This document shows positions 34,440-44,686 of a stretch of 64,000 nt of DNA, piece after piece. The DNA comes from a virus: the IMG/VR virus record IMGVR_UViG_3300043410_001024, positions 1 through 64,000 of that record, one strand, 5' to 3'. The translations under genes and the position numbers were made by a program. Every line of letters starts with the position of its first letter. Position 1 is the first letter of the stretch. The notes under the pieces are model-generated. The model was given only the letters and a program-made list of their open reading frames with translations. It had not been told where the DNA came from and searched no databases.

Positions 34440-35849
34440 GTGCCAAGATTGAGTATGTATAAGCCGGAGAAGGGCAATAACTACAGATTTATAGATCGTC
34501 AGATTTCACAAATGTTTCAGGTTGGTGGAACTGATGTGTATGTTCACAAATATTTAGGACCAAAAAATCCGGACGAGGGAACAGCAGACCAACCAATTTA
34601 TGATACAATCAGAGAAACTAATATCCAAGATTTATTATTTTTAGAAAATCGTGACCGTCATTATGAAAAAGAAATTTATAGAATTCGTGGTATCTATAAT
34701 GTACAAAACATTGACTTCAATTTAAGCCAATTTGGACTATTCATTGACAATGATACATTGTTCATGACCGTTCATATTAATGATTTTATAAATTACTTGG
34801 GTAGAAAACCATTAAGTGGTGATGTAATGGAGATGCCACATTTACGTGATGATTTTGCGTTAAATGATTATGACATTTCATTACCCAGATATTATGTAAT
34901 TGAAGATGTGGGACGGGCAAGTGAAGGATTTAGTGCGACCTGGTATCCACATTTGTATCGTTTAAAATTAAAGAAAATAACTGATGCACAACAATTTTCT
35001 GATATTTTAGATCAACCAGCAGGTGAAGCAACTGACATGACCTTGCGGGAATTACTAAGTACAAAAACAAAAGAATTAGAAATTAATGATGCAATAGTAC
35101 AGCAATCCGAAATAGATGCACCGTTAAGTGGTATGGAAACTAGACATTATTATACTATGGCGGTTGATCCATCCACTGGGACAACCTTATTAAACACGGT
35201 TGATATGGACACGCTCGATGCAAGCGTTGCATCATATTTAGCTAGTGAAAACAACAAAAGACCAGTTAGGTCTGGTTATTGTGGATATTTATTAGGTGAT
35301 GGATATCCAATGAATGGCTATGAATTCGGTAGAGGAGTGACATTCCCAGCAAATCCTGGTCCGGATGACTTTTTCTTACGTGTTGACTTTTTACCAAATA
35401 GGTTATTTAGATTTGATGGAATCCGTTGGACAATGGTCGAGGATGCAATTAGAACTACAATGACCAACAATGATACTCGTAATACACAAAAAACTGGCTT
35501 TATTAACAATACCAAATTCACTTATGTTGACAAAGTTGCAAGTGATATTATTACATTGGACGCGGATACATTTGTCATTAACACTAATATATCATACCAA
35601 GAATCGCCATATGTTGTATTTAAATGCGAAGGTATTAATGTGTTAGATTTTGCATTAGCCGATTACCCAGATATCTATAGCTCGTATATGAATAATAATG
35701 TTGCTAAATTACAAATAACCTTACCACTAATTAACAATGAACAAGTGGTAATCCCATATGCTGGTAAATGGGATGTAACATTATATACACATAGAGAAGC
35801 ACAACGTCAAAGTATCTCTAAAGTATTAAAACCACGTGCAGATTTATAA
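34440..35849 (+). CDS. 14: Neck/head-closure protein (T4 gp14-like) with C-terminal extension
   Basis: GTG start after SD GAGGA; DLLFLENRDR, LSQFGLF, GDVMEMP; sits between gp13 and gp15. Confidence 0.75.
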   Translation: MPRLSMYKPEKGNNYRFIDRQISQMFQVGGTDVYVHKYLGPKNPDEGTADQPIYDTIRETNIQDLLFLENRDRHYEKEIYRIRGIYNVQNIDFNLSQFGLFIDNDTLFMTVHINDFINYLGRKPLSGDVMEMPHLRDDFALNDYDISLPRYYVIEDVGRASEGFSATWYPHLYRLKLKKITDAQQFSDILDQPAGEATDMTLRELLSTKTKELEINDAIVQQSEIDAPLSGMETRHYYTMAVDPSTGTTLLNTVDMDTLDASVASYLASENNKRPVRSGYCGYLLGDGYPMNGYEFGRGVTFPANPGPDDFFLRVDFLPNRLFRFDGIRWTMVEDAIRTTMTNNDTRNTQKTGFINNTKFTYVDKVASDIITLDADTFVINTNISYQESPYVVFKCEGINVLDFALADYPDIYSSYMNNNVAKLQITLPLINNEQVVIPYAGKWDVTLYTHREAQRQSISKVLKPRADL

Positions 35850-35892
35850 CCAAACTTTTATGGAGGCAACGGTTTGACACCGTTGAAATATT

Positions 35893-37359
35893 ATTCAACA
35901 TTTTTATGATGGGCAAATACGAAGATATATTACCCAAACAATACGTATTTTAAGTAATTTCACTGTTAGATACAACGATGGAACTTTGTCTAGGGTTCCT
36001 GTAATGTACGGTGATATGGATAGACAAGCCGCTAATATTCTTCGCCAAAATAGTGAAAATAAAATCAATTCAGTTCCCCGTATGTCGGTATATATTAAAG
36101 AATTAGAATTAGATAAAACACGACTTGCGGATCAAACCTTCATTGGTAGAAAAAATATTAGAGAGCGTGGCGTTTCAAATGGTCGATATAATAGCTCAAC
36201 TGGTAGAAATTACACAATCGAACGTATAATGCCAACACCATTTAATCTTACAATGAACGTTGATATATGGACCGCAAATACAGACCAAAAGTTACAATTA
36301 TTAGAACAAATTTTAGTGTTGTTCAATCCTAGTTTAGAGATTCAAACCAACGATAACTATATTGATTGGTCTAATATATCTGTGTTAAACTTGAAAAATA
36401 TTGTATGGTCTAGTAAAAGTGTACCGGTTGGCACTGATTCACCAATTGATATAGGGACACTGACCTTAGATACCCCGATATGGATTAACCCACCTGTTAA
36501 GGTAAAACAACTTGGTATTGTTACCAATATTATTACATCATTATATTCGAGTGCATATACAAGCAAGACTGGATATATTGAGGGTCTTGGTACAGATGCC
36601 GCACATCCAACTGTTACTATGCAGTCACTTATGGAAAAGATTGTTACAACTATCACTGATTATAAAATAGAAGTGTATAATGGTGTTGTTATGTTACTAG
36701 AAAGTTCATTACAGGCCAATAACATAAGCGAGTTACCAACTCGTCATGGTTCGGCAATAAGTTGGTTAGATGTATTTAATAAGTATCCAGACCAATTTCA
36801 CGCTGGTGTCAGTCGATTATATTTGGTTCAGCAAGATGGGAATGAAATAGTTGGTACAGTTAGTTTAAATGAATCAGATCAAACACAACTACTAGTTGAG
36901 TGGGACCCAGATTCACTTATACTAGACACATTGATTGATACAAATGGATATATGTATGGCGACTCGCAATTTGACCAAACCACCGCTCGTAGTAAAGTTG
37001 ATGCAATCATTGATCCAACCACTTACAATCCTAAACGACCATTAAAAGAATCAGCTGACCAACCAATTCCACTTGGTATTAGATATTTAATCATAGAAGA
37101 CATTGGTAATGAATCAAATGTCGATGGCGCGGATGCGTGGAAATCCTTAAATGGTGATGATTTAGTTGCACATGCGAATGACTTAATTGAATGGGATGGG
37201 GAACGCTGGAAAGTAATCTTTGATTCTATAAACGAAAATGATACAATGGTATGGCAAACCAACATATATACAGGTGTACAGTATCTATGGAATGGTGCCG
37301 CATGGGTGATATCATTTGAAGGAATTTATGATGTTGGATATTGGCGTTTAGAATTATAA
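35893..37359 (+). CDS. 15: Tail sheath stabiliser/terminator (T4 gp15-like), probable ATT start
   Basis: Frame open from the TGA at 35884: IQHFYDGQIRRYI...VPVMYG...PRMS...PFNL...QLLEQILVLFNP. The typical gp15 FY..QIRRY N-terminus lies upstream of the first canonical start (TTG 35986). Confidence 0.8.
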   Translation: MQHFYDGQIRRYITQTIRILSNFTVRYNDGTLSRVPVMYGDMDRQAANILRQNSENKINSVPRMSVYIKELELDKTRLADQTFIGRKNIRERGVSNGRYNSSTGRNYTIERIMPTPFNLTMNVDIWTANTDQKLQLLEQILVLFNPSLEIQTNDNYIDWSNISVLNLKNIVWSSKSVPVGTDSPIDIGTLTLDTPIWINPPVKVKQLGIVTNIITSLYSSAYTSKTGYIEGLGTDAAHPTVTMQSLMEKIVTTITDYKIEVYNGVVMLLESSLQANNISELPTRHGSAISWLDVFNKYPDQFHAGVSRLYLVQQDGNEIVGTVSLNESDQTQLLVEWDPDSLILDTLIDTNGYMYGDSQFDQTTARSKVDAIIDPTTYNPKRPLKESADQPIPLGIRYLIIEDIGNESNVDGADAWKSLNGDDLVAHANDLIEWDGERWKVIFDSINENDTMVWQTNIYTGVQYLWNGAAWVISFEGIYDVGYWRLEL

Positions 37360-37364
37360 AAACA

Positions 37365-37823
37365 ATGGAAAATATAGCTAAAGATAAAATAGTATGCAGT
37401 GGTGCGTTAATTTATTCAATTTCAACAAGTAGGGTATTATTGATTCAAAAAGCCGCTGGTAAACATCAAGGTTCTTGGGGTTTAGTTGGCGGTACTAATT
37501 TGATTCATGAAAATCCGTGGCAAGGATTACATCGTGAGATAGAGGAAGAAATTGGGTTTTTTCCAGAGTTTATTAAAGTACTACCATTAGAAAAATTTGT
37601 GTCCAATGATAGTATTTTTAATTTCCATACTTACTTTTGTTTAGTTGAGAATGAGTTCATACCAATTTTAAGTGATGAACATTGTGGGTGGGCTTGGTCC
37701 ACTATTAATTCAGCACCAAAACCATTGCATCATGGTTTGCGAACTAGTTTTTCAAATAAAATAATTAAAGCAAAATTGCAAACCATTTTCGAGTTATGTA
37801 CCATAATAAACGCTAGTGAATAA
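37365..37823 (+). CDS. Nudix hydrolase
   Basis: Nudix box WGLVGG...E...GLHREIEEEIG, EHCGWAW, LHHG. Confidence 0.9.
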   Translation: MENIAKDKIVCSGALIYSISTSRVLLIQKAAGKHQGSWGLVGGTNLIHENPWQGLHREIEEEIGFFPEFIKVLPLEKFVSNDSIFNFHTYFCLVENEFIPILSDEHCGWAWSTINSAPKPLHHGLRTSFSNKIIKAKLQTIFELCTIINASE

Positions 37824-37848
37824 AAAAGGCCCGGTTAAGGGCCTTTTT
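37822..37848. terminator. Bidirectional terminator
   Basis: AAAAAAGGCCC-GGTTAA-GGGCCTTTTT between convergent genes. Confidence 0.88.
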
Positions 37849-37849
37849 G

Positions 37850-40800
37850 TTATGCTTGGGCTTCACCCCATCTTAATACTAAGTTACACGGAATAGTACC
37901 AGAACCTGATGCACGATATATGTTAATTGCAAGTACGTCTGGTCCATTTGGGTAACACCCTCTACCACCTAATACTGTATTAGTTAACTCTTTCAATTGA
38001 CTTAAATCTAATACACTTTGTGAGCCAGGTGCAGCAATAAATGAGAAAATCTGTTCTCCCGGTTGCGCATACGGTGGCTGTCCAAATTTAAAGGTAACTT
38101 GTGTTGTTCCTGGAACAATAGTTGTAACACTATCAGATGATTGGTTAAAACTTACTTTATAATACTGTGTTCCAAAAAATGAAACTAGTTGCACACTGTT
38201 GGTATATGTACTACCAGGGAAAATTCCTCCACTCGCAACCTCGGTACCAGTTGTCGCATTGGTGCTTTCCCAACTTGACTTTTGGAAGAAAATTTGGCTG
38301 GTTTTAACCGTTTGATAACTGTTCGTGACAGTGGCGGTTGTTGTTCCAGACACAGTGGCATTAGTATTTTTACTTAATGTAATATAATAGTAACTTACTG
38401 AATTGTAAGTACCCCAAAAGGTTATAGCATTAATAACAGTTCCCGATTGGATACCTGATGCAGCTGTGATTGCTTGGCCAGTCGTTAACCCTTGACTAAT
38501 ATAAGATGCATAATTGGCCGATGTAATATAAATGTATGGTGAATTATTTTGAATTGATCTTGAGTCACCAGGAACAAGTTCAATAGCAATTGAGCCAGTT
38601 AAAAATGCCGCAGTTGTAATAGATGCGGTTGATTGTGTTGCACCACCAGCCCATACAACCGACCCACCTGATACCACCTGACTAAAACTAGGTAAACCAC
38701 CGGCACCGGATGATTGCAAACCATTCCACGCTACGTCCGTCACGTTAGACGGATAGTTTTGGGGATTTAATACTCCTTCAACAATGATACCACCAGTACC
38801 ACTATCTGCGGTAATTTCAAGCGCTTGAAGCAATAATTGGGCACGATTAATTAAATCTCTATCTCCCAGATCACCAATCAATGAATTACTTACACTAGGG
38901 GCAAGACGAATCATAAACGCGGTTTGTTTAGTGGTAGATACTGGGATGTTTGTACTTTGATAGTTAAACAAGTAACCACGATCGGAATCAAATCCACCAT
39001 CTTGGATAAATGCACTACCCCAATGGCTGATATTTGGCGTGGCTGTTTGTGCAACTTGGATTACACCAGTAGTTGAAATATGAGATGATGCGGAACCTGC
39101 TGAAAACACACGATTAGCCCCGGCTACATAATGTGTAATAGTTGCAGCACGCACACACCCGGTCAAATTACCTGGTCCGGTCGATGCACTTTTTCCGGTA
39201 TATCTAATAAACTCGTTATCTAAATATACGGTACCGGCGGATGGGAATAATGTTAAATCTGAAATTGGCAATGATGTGTCTGATGCTGATACGGCAGCAG
39301 TTAACTGGCTTCTTGCACCTTCGTTAATTACTTCATATCGTACTGGACTATTACCCGATCTTTGATACGCTTCTCTATTTAAGTTATTATTACGCATTCT
39401 ATGGGCGAGTATATAATTACCCTCATTTCCACGTAACATCCAATCAATAAACCCGGCACCATACCAAGTCCATTGCAAACCAATCATTTGCATTTTACTT
39501 ACATCAATTTGATATCCGCTTGGATTAAATGGGCCATTAGAACCATCACATCTGTCAACATTCCATTTAGATTGTGGGACAATTGTTTCTAAGGTTTTTG
39601 CAATCTTAATACCACTACTAATGTTGGTACCACGGTAATCAGGCGAAATTGTTAAACTTGTGTCCGACACTAATTGTGTTACCACATGCGTCATCCCACG
39701 AATAACTATTCTATCACCTTCGATTAATTGTGACAAGAATCTAGTTGATATACCTGATACAACATTGCTATCAGGGGTTACTGTTACCGTACCTGATAAT
39801 TGAAACGTACTTGATCTACGACCAAGACTAAATGTTTGCCCATCATACTGGAAAAATTGTCCATTTTGGTCATCAAAAGTACCAGCACGAACGATAGCAC
39901 CAGTCCAATTCTTGACACACATATAACACGGGCCTTCTAATAATGCGGTCGTTGCACCAAGAACTGACGTTGCGGTTACAGTTAACGATCTTTCATCAAT
40001 AATACTAACTACTTGGTATGTTCCAACATACCCTGATGTTATAATACCAAATAATTGCACAGTTGCACCAACTTGGCAGCTATGATCGACGTCATCCGTA
40101 ACAATAGTAATTGTGCTACCGATAGATGTACCACTTGCGGTGACACTTTTTAAATCGTAGTTTGGGGCGAATAATGCACCGGTGTTATAGTTAACTGCTT
40201 TACCAGATTGGTAACGAATATATTTTTTACTCATACGTATTGCGTGTGCACCATACGAGGGACCACCGGTACCTAAAATAACACCGCCATCGATTGGACG
40301 ATGTTGGAAAAATGCATCCGGGCGAGCATAAATAGTTGCGCCAATAGTACCAGTGATAACAGCGGCACCTCTACAAGTGTAAGTGAAGGTGGTCAAACTA
40401 GGCGTTGTTTCAACAAAGATTGGACCGCCAGCAATTGCATGATTTTGTGTATTACTTGAATCACTTGTTATTACAACCATAAGTGTGGTACCTGGTAGAA
40501 ATCCATGCGCCGCTGGAAAGGTAACTGTAATAATTGGGGTCGCATCCGCAGAATAAGTAAACAATGGGGCACTCACTGAAGCACCTGTATAAAATCCGGC
40601 TTTACGTAATTGCAAATATGACGAATACAACGAATCACCATTTGTTGTTCCAACTTTTGCTTTAGCATAGTATGTAAAAGTTGTGGTGGATGCAGTTGTA
40701 TTAATGATAAAACTACCTTCTGCACGACTGAAACCAGAAATCCCAGAGTTAAGACCTTTAATAGTAAACGGTTGACCAGCAGTCATTCCATGAACAGCAC

Positions 40801-41344
40801 TAGTGGTAACTGTAATTAAACTTTCACCATTACTAGCATCAGTGGTAATAGCACTAACATTCATATCCGTACCGGGAATCTCGAAAACACTTGGATAGCC
40901 TCTCATCATACTAACTGCTTGCCATTTAGTAGGCTGTAGTCCGTATTCAAAGTCAGCATCAAGCATACTAACAGGTTGTGCAATACGAGTACGTTCAAAT
41001 GCATCAGTACCCATTGGCCAGGGCCGAACTGTCATTTCAGGTTTTTCGTAAAAAATTTGTATAGCATCGGTGCTGCTATGTGTTGCAGTATTAACTGCTA
41101 ATGTTATAGTCGTAATCCCATCATGATTTTCAAGTACATTCGTAAAATTAGTATCAGCTGCTCTACTAAAGGTTACAGTGGTACTTGCATTTGTTGTATC
41201 CGCAAAATTGTATAGTATAATGTTGCGTGTGGTATTAGTGATAACTAATAGTTGATTCAGGTCGTACTTTCCTGGTATTTTTATCGTGCCTACACCAGCA
41301 TTTCCTGGGGTAAAAACATATTGTCTAATCTGACTTTTAGCCAT
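37850..41344 (-). CDS. Large structural protein (fibre/baseplate-associated), 1164 aa
   Basis: Thr/Gly/Ser-rich beta repeats, DADFEYGLQPTKW, RYQSGK, WYGAG; late motif 41378-41372. Confidence 0.75.
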   Translation of the reverse strand: MAKSQIRQYVFTPGNAGVGTIKIPGKYDLNQLLVITNTTRNIILYNFADTTNASTTVTFSRAADTNFTNVLENHDGITTITLAVNTATHSSTDAIQIFYEKPEMTVRPWPMGTDAFERTRIAQPVSMLDADFEYGLQPTKWQAVSMMRGYPSVFEIPGTDMNVSAITTDASNGESLITVTTSAVHGMTAGQPFTIKGLNSGISGFSRAEGSFIINTTASTTTFTYYAKAKVGTTNGDSLYSSYLQLRKAGFYTGASVSAPLFTYSADATPIITVTFPAAHGFLPGTTLMVVITSDSSNTQNHAIAGGPIFVETTPSLTTFTYTCRGAAVITGTIGATIYARPDAFFQHRPIDGGVILGTGGPSYGAHAIRMSKKYIRYQSGKAVNYNTGALFAPNYDLKSVTASGTSIGSTITIVTDDVDHSCQVGATVQLFGIITSGYVGTYQVVSIIDERSLTVTATSVLGATTALLEGPCYMCVKNWTGAIVRAGTFDDQNGQFFQYDGQTFSLGRRSSTFQLSGTVTVTPDSNVVSGISTRFLSQLIEGDRIVIRGMTHVVTQLVSDTSLTISPDYRGTNISSGIKIAKTLETIVPQSKWNVDRCDGSNGPFNPSGYQIDVSKMQMIGLQWTWYGAGFIDWMLRGNEGNYILAHRMRNNNLNREAYQRSGNSPVRYEVINEGARSQLTAAVSASDTSLPISDLTLFPSAGTVYLDNEFIRYTGKSASTGPGNLTGCVRAATITHYVAGANRVFSAGSASSHISTTGVIQVAQTATPNISHWGSAFIQDGGFDSDRGYLFNYQSTNIPVSTTKQTAFMIRLAPSVSNSLIGDLGDRDLINRAQLLLQALEITADSGTGGIIVEGVLNPQNYPSNVTDVAWNGLQSSGAGGLPSFSQVVSGGSVVWAGGATQSTASITTAAFLTGSIAIELVPGDSRSIQNNSPYIYITSANYASYISQGLTTGQAITAASGIQSGTVINAITFWGTYNSVSYYYITLSKNTNATVSGTTTATVTNSYQTVKTSQIFFQKSSWESTNATTGTEVASGGIFPGSTYTNSVQLVSFFGTQYYKVSFNQSSDSVTTIVPGTTQVTFKFGQPPYAQPGEQIFSFIAAPGSQSVLDLSQLKELTNTVLGGRGCYPNGPDVLAINIYRASGSGTIPCNLVLRWGEAQA

Positions 41345-41385
41345 TTAAAATGTCTCCATTTGTATTTTATATATTTATTGCGTCA

Positions 41386-42162
41386 TCATCCACAACTTGC
41401 AAAAAATGATAGCATTCTTACTTGTTCTACATATCGTTTAGTAGATAACTCGTTTCGATTACTATTCCAATTTTCATCAGGGGTTGTAACGGATGCAGAT
41501 GTAAATCGCCCAGGCGCGGCGGTTAATACACCAATTGATACGTTGTTTATTGAGCCAAGCGCGGTTGGTGTTATTGTTATTGTTCCAGTACCGGTTGGAC
41601 TAAAGTTTATAGTTTGATTAATTGCGGTCGCATTAATACTGGTTGAATTTAAATATAAGGTACCAGAACCACCAAATGTTACATTACCATTAGGCGAAAC
41701 CGTTACATTACCAGTTGGGGAAACGGTCACACTTCCAGTTGGGGAAACCGTTACATTACCAGTTGGTGACAACGATACTAGCCCAGTAGATGTACAAGTC
41801 AATGATGTAAAGTTACCAGATGCCGCCACGGTTCCACCAATTGCCACGTTGTTAATCACCGATGTATTGGATGGATTTAAGTTAACCGTACCAGTTACCA
41901 TTTGCAAAGTACCAGATAACGCTACCGTTCCAGCGACGGTCAAACCAGATAGTGTACCAGGTATAGAGGTAATACTAGCCCCTAGCGCAGTATGGGTGAG
42001 CAATGGGTCACCGTTATAACTAATATACGCACTACTAGTTAACTCAAGTCTATTACCAGTAACTGTAACTGTTTGAGTTAATAAATTGCCGTCAGCATCA
42101 ACTATAAAATATGGACTAACGTATCCTGATGCCGATCTAAATAATTCCGAAACTGTAACCAT
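41386..42162 (-). CDS. Fibre-like structural protein with INNV.IG...G.FT repeats
   Basis: Repeat shared with the two upstream genes; (SPTGNVTV)-type tandem repeat. Confidence 0.7.
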   Translation of the reverse strand: MVTVSELFRSASGYVSPYFIVDADGNLLTQTVTVTGNRLELTSSAYISYNGDPLLTHTALGASITSIPGTLSGLTVAGTVALSGTLQMVTGTVNLNPSNTSVINNVAIGGTVAASGNFTSLTCTSTGLVSLSPTGNVTVSPTGSVTVSPTGNVTVSPNGNVTFGGSGTLYLNSTSINATAINQTINFSPTGTGTITITPTALGSINNVSIGVLTAAPGRFTSASVTTPDENWNSNRNELSTKRYVEQVRMLSFFASCG

Positions 42163-42171
42163 AATATTCCT

Positions 42172-42852
42172 TTAGCACATTATCATACCGTATGCAGCGG
42201 CAAGCGTAGCCGCATATCCGATAGTTAACGGACTATTTGCACCGGATGGTTGTGTTGTCAAAGTGACAGTTGTAAATGTTCCAACTGCCGGTGTTATACT
42301 ACCAATTGTCATGTTGTTAATCGAACCCGTAATAGTCGGGTTGATTGATAATACACCAGAACCAGTTGGACTAAGAGTAATAGTTGAATTATTTCCAGTA
42401 CATGACAAATTACCAGTAACGGTCAGTGAGGTAAATGTTCCAGCGGCCGGAACGTTTGCACCAATTGTTACATTATCTATACTACCAGTTGTCGCTGGAT
42501 TAATAGCAACGGTTCCTGATCCGGTTGGCGAAATTGTTACATTTCCAGTACTTGGACTTAATGAAACCGAGGTGGTTGCTGTCAATGTGGTAAATTGTCC
42601 ACTTCTTGGAGTTGTTAGTCCAATAGTGGTATTGTTAATAGAACCAGTGGTTGATGGGTTTGCGGTTAACTGGTCGGTAACTGTTAAACTTGCTAATGAA
42701 ATTACACTACTAGCATTAAAAGTAACCGTATTCGTTGTACTATTAGTGGTAATAGAAATCCCATTTCCGCCCACAAGTGTTAATGTATTGTTAATTGGAG
42801 TTAAACTGATAGTTGGTTGCCCAGCCACTCCCAAGTATGTATAACTGTTCAT
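42172..42852 (-). CDS. Fibre-like structural protein with GSINN.TIG repeats
   Basis: Three copies of GSI(N/D)N.TIG...G.FT.LT. Confidence 0.7.
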   Translation of the reverse strand: MNSYTYLGVAGQPTISLTPINNTLTLVGGNGISITTNSTTNTVTFNASSVISLASLTVTDQLTANPSTTGSINNTTIGLTTPRSGQFTTLTATTSVSLSPSTGNVTISPTGSGTVAINPATTGSIDNVTIGANVPAAGTFTSLTVTGNLSCTGNNSTITLSPTGSGVLSINPTITGSINNMTIGSITPAVGTFTTVTLTTQPSGANSPLTIGYAATLAAAYGMIMC

Positions 42853-44015
42853 ACGCCTGCTCCAAGCAAAATAGAAGTTAGTTGTTGTTGTTTAATAAGA
42901 GAATTACCCGTATTTGCTATTTGGGTAATAGTCATTGATGAAAATCTTCCAGATGCCGGTACAGTATTACCTATAATAGTGTTATCTATAAATCCAACGA
43001 CTGGAGATATCAAAACAGTATTGGTACCTGTTATAGAAATATTTTGATTTCCATTTAATATTAAATTAGAATTATTGGTTATTGATGAAAATTTACCAGT
43101 TTTTGGTACATTTGCACCTATTATCATTTTATCACAATCACCAGTATTGGCTGGGGAAATAGTCAAGGTCCCGGTTGGTGCTATTGATACATTTTGTGAT
43201 GTGTTTAATATCGTTGTATCGGTGGACGTCAATGACGTAAAAGTACCACTCACCCGTTGAGTATTTCCAATAGTAATATTATTAATTTGGCTTGTGATCG
43301 CCGGTGATATTACAAAATTATTTGAAACAGAAATACTTCCATAGTTTGATATATTAAATGTTAAACTAGATAATGATGAGGCAAATGACAGATTATTATC
43401 AGAATTAGCAAAATTTAATTTAGTTAAAATAAAATCTGCGGAAAGTGTTGATTGTCCTGGCGATGCTATATTACTAATACTGGTAATAGATACTGTCCCA
43501 AACTCATTTACAGCAATATAATTGTCTGGTAAATTACTATACCAATTTCTATACGTACCTAGTTCACCACCTAAGCTATCACTTCTTCCAGTGATGTCTG
43601 GAATTTGTAATGTGTTAATTCTTTCAGAATAAGTTGCTTTGTATGTTAATATAATATTGACTAATGGGGTGATTGTATCAGAATTGTTGTATGGTGTTGC
43701 AATCACTGAAACTGCGGATTCATTAACTGTTGCTGAGAACTTAACCAAATCACGCCCAGAGTTAGTTCTACCATATACTAATACACTGGCAAAATTTACT
43801 CTAGCGGTAATTGTTACATTAACATGCTCAATGTCATTAGGGCCATATTCAATAACTATTTTATAGTCTGCACTTGAAAAATCACCTACATTCCATTTAT
43901 CAAATACAGTAGCTTCTGGGATTTTTACTACAGTACCTGTATACGATAAGTTTAACCCTCGTTTGAGTTTAAGAGTATTTTTCAACCCTGTTAAAAAAAA
44001 ATTAGAAAACGTCAT
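42849..44015 (-). CDS. Fibre-like structural protein
   Basis: N-terminal globular domain followed by the same repeat; CTAAATA at 44042-44036. Confidence 0.7.
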   Translation of the reverse strand: MTFSNFFLTGLKNTLKLKRGLNLSYTGTVVKIPEATVFDKWNVGDFSSADYKIVIEYGPNDIEHVNVTITARVNFASVLVYGRTNSGRDLVKFSATVNESAVSVIATPYNNSDTITPLVNIILTYKATYSERINTLQIPDITGRSDSLGGELGTYRNWYSNLPDNYIAVNEFGTVSITSISNIASPGQSTLSADFILTKLNFANSDNNLSFASSLSSLTFNISNYGSISVSNNFVISPAITSQINNITIGNTQRVSGTFTSLTSTDTTILNTSQNVSIAPTGTLTISPANTGDCDKMIIGANVPKTGKFSSITNNSNLILNGNQNISITGTNTVLISPVVGFIDNTIIGNTVPASGRFSSMTITQIANTGNSLIKQQQLTSILLGAGV

Positions 44016-44059
44016 AATATCTCATTGTTGTACTGTATTTAGTCAGTTTTTAAGCTGAT

Positions 44060-44092
44060 AAAAATCCCGCATACTACTAAATATGCGGGATT
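44060..44092 (-). terminator. Probable terminator after the 44105 gene
   Basis: AATCCCGCATA/TATGCGGGATT stem with a short U run on the minus strand. Confidence 0.6.
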
Positions 44093-44104
44093 GATTTTAA
44101 ACTA

Positions 44105-44686
44105 CTATTCCGCAGCTGGTGTATCAGTTACTACAGTATCATCAACTGATACCTCGTCAACTGGTTCGTTGACAATTGTTGGTTCAATCTCGGTTGGTAA
44201 TGTACCGTTTTCAATCATCTCAGTAACTATTTCATTGTTTACAATAGTTAATGGGATTACAGATGCAGGATCATAGATTTTCCAATTTACTGTTAATTCA
44301 TCCCACTCATACAATTTACCATCAGTTGGGTACGGAATTGGTGCTTCAAAACAACAATTTTTGGGATTAAATTTCCAACTTTTAAATGCAAGAGGATTAG
44401 ATTTCCATCTTTCTTTTGTATCCTCTTGCATTTTCTTCATTTCAGTTTTTGTCAGTTTGGAAATGTTGTGAACATCATGAACAACACCATCTATAAACTC
44501 ATAGGTGGTCCCTTCCAATTTTTCATAAACTCCCAATTCAGGAACATCATTTCTTTGAAATTTTGCACAACCTTCTGGAATATTATTTTCTAAATTAATA
44601 CCTGGAAAAATATATTGTAAATTACTACCAGCGATTGGATGGCCAACTGGTTCACCGTTTTCTAATCTAATATATAAATTAATCAT
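44105..44686 (-). CDS. Putative tail fibre assembly/chaperone-like protein
   Basis: W....CCFEAPIPYPTDGKLYEWDE...W motif, of the kind found in small genes next to Gly-rich fibre genes. Confidence 0.55.
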   Translation of the reverse strand: MINLYIRLENGEPVGHPIAGSNLQYIFPGINLENNIPEGCAKFQRNDVPELGVYEKLEGTTYEFIDGVVHDVHNISKLTKTEMKKMQEDTKERWKSNPLAFKSWKFNPKNCCFEAPIPYPTDGKLYEWDELTVNWKIYDPASVIPLTIVNNEIVTEMIENGTLPTEIEPTIVNEPVDEVSVDDTVVTDTPAAE

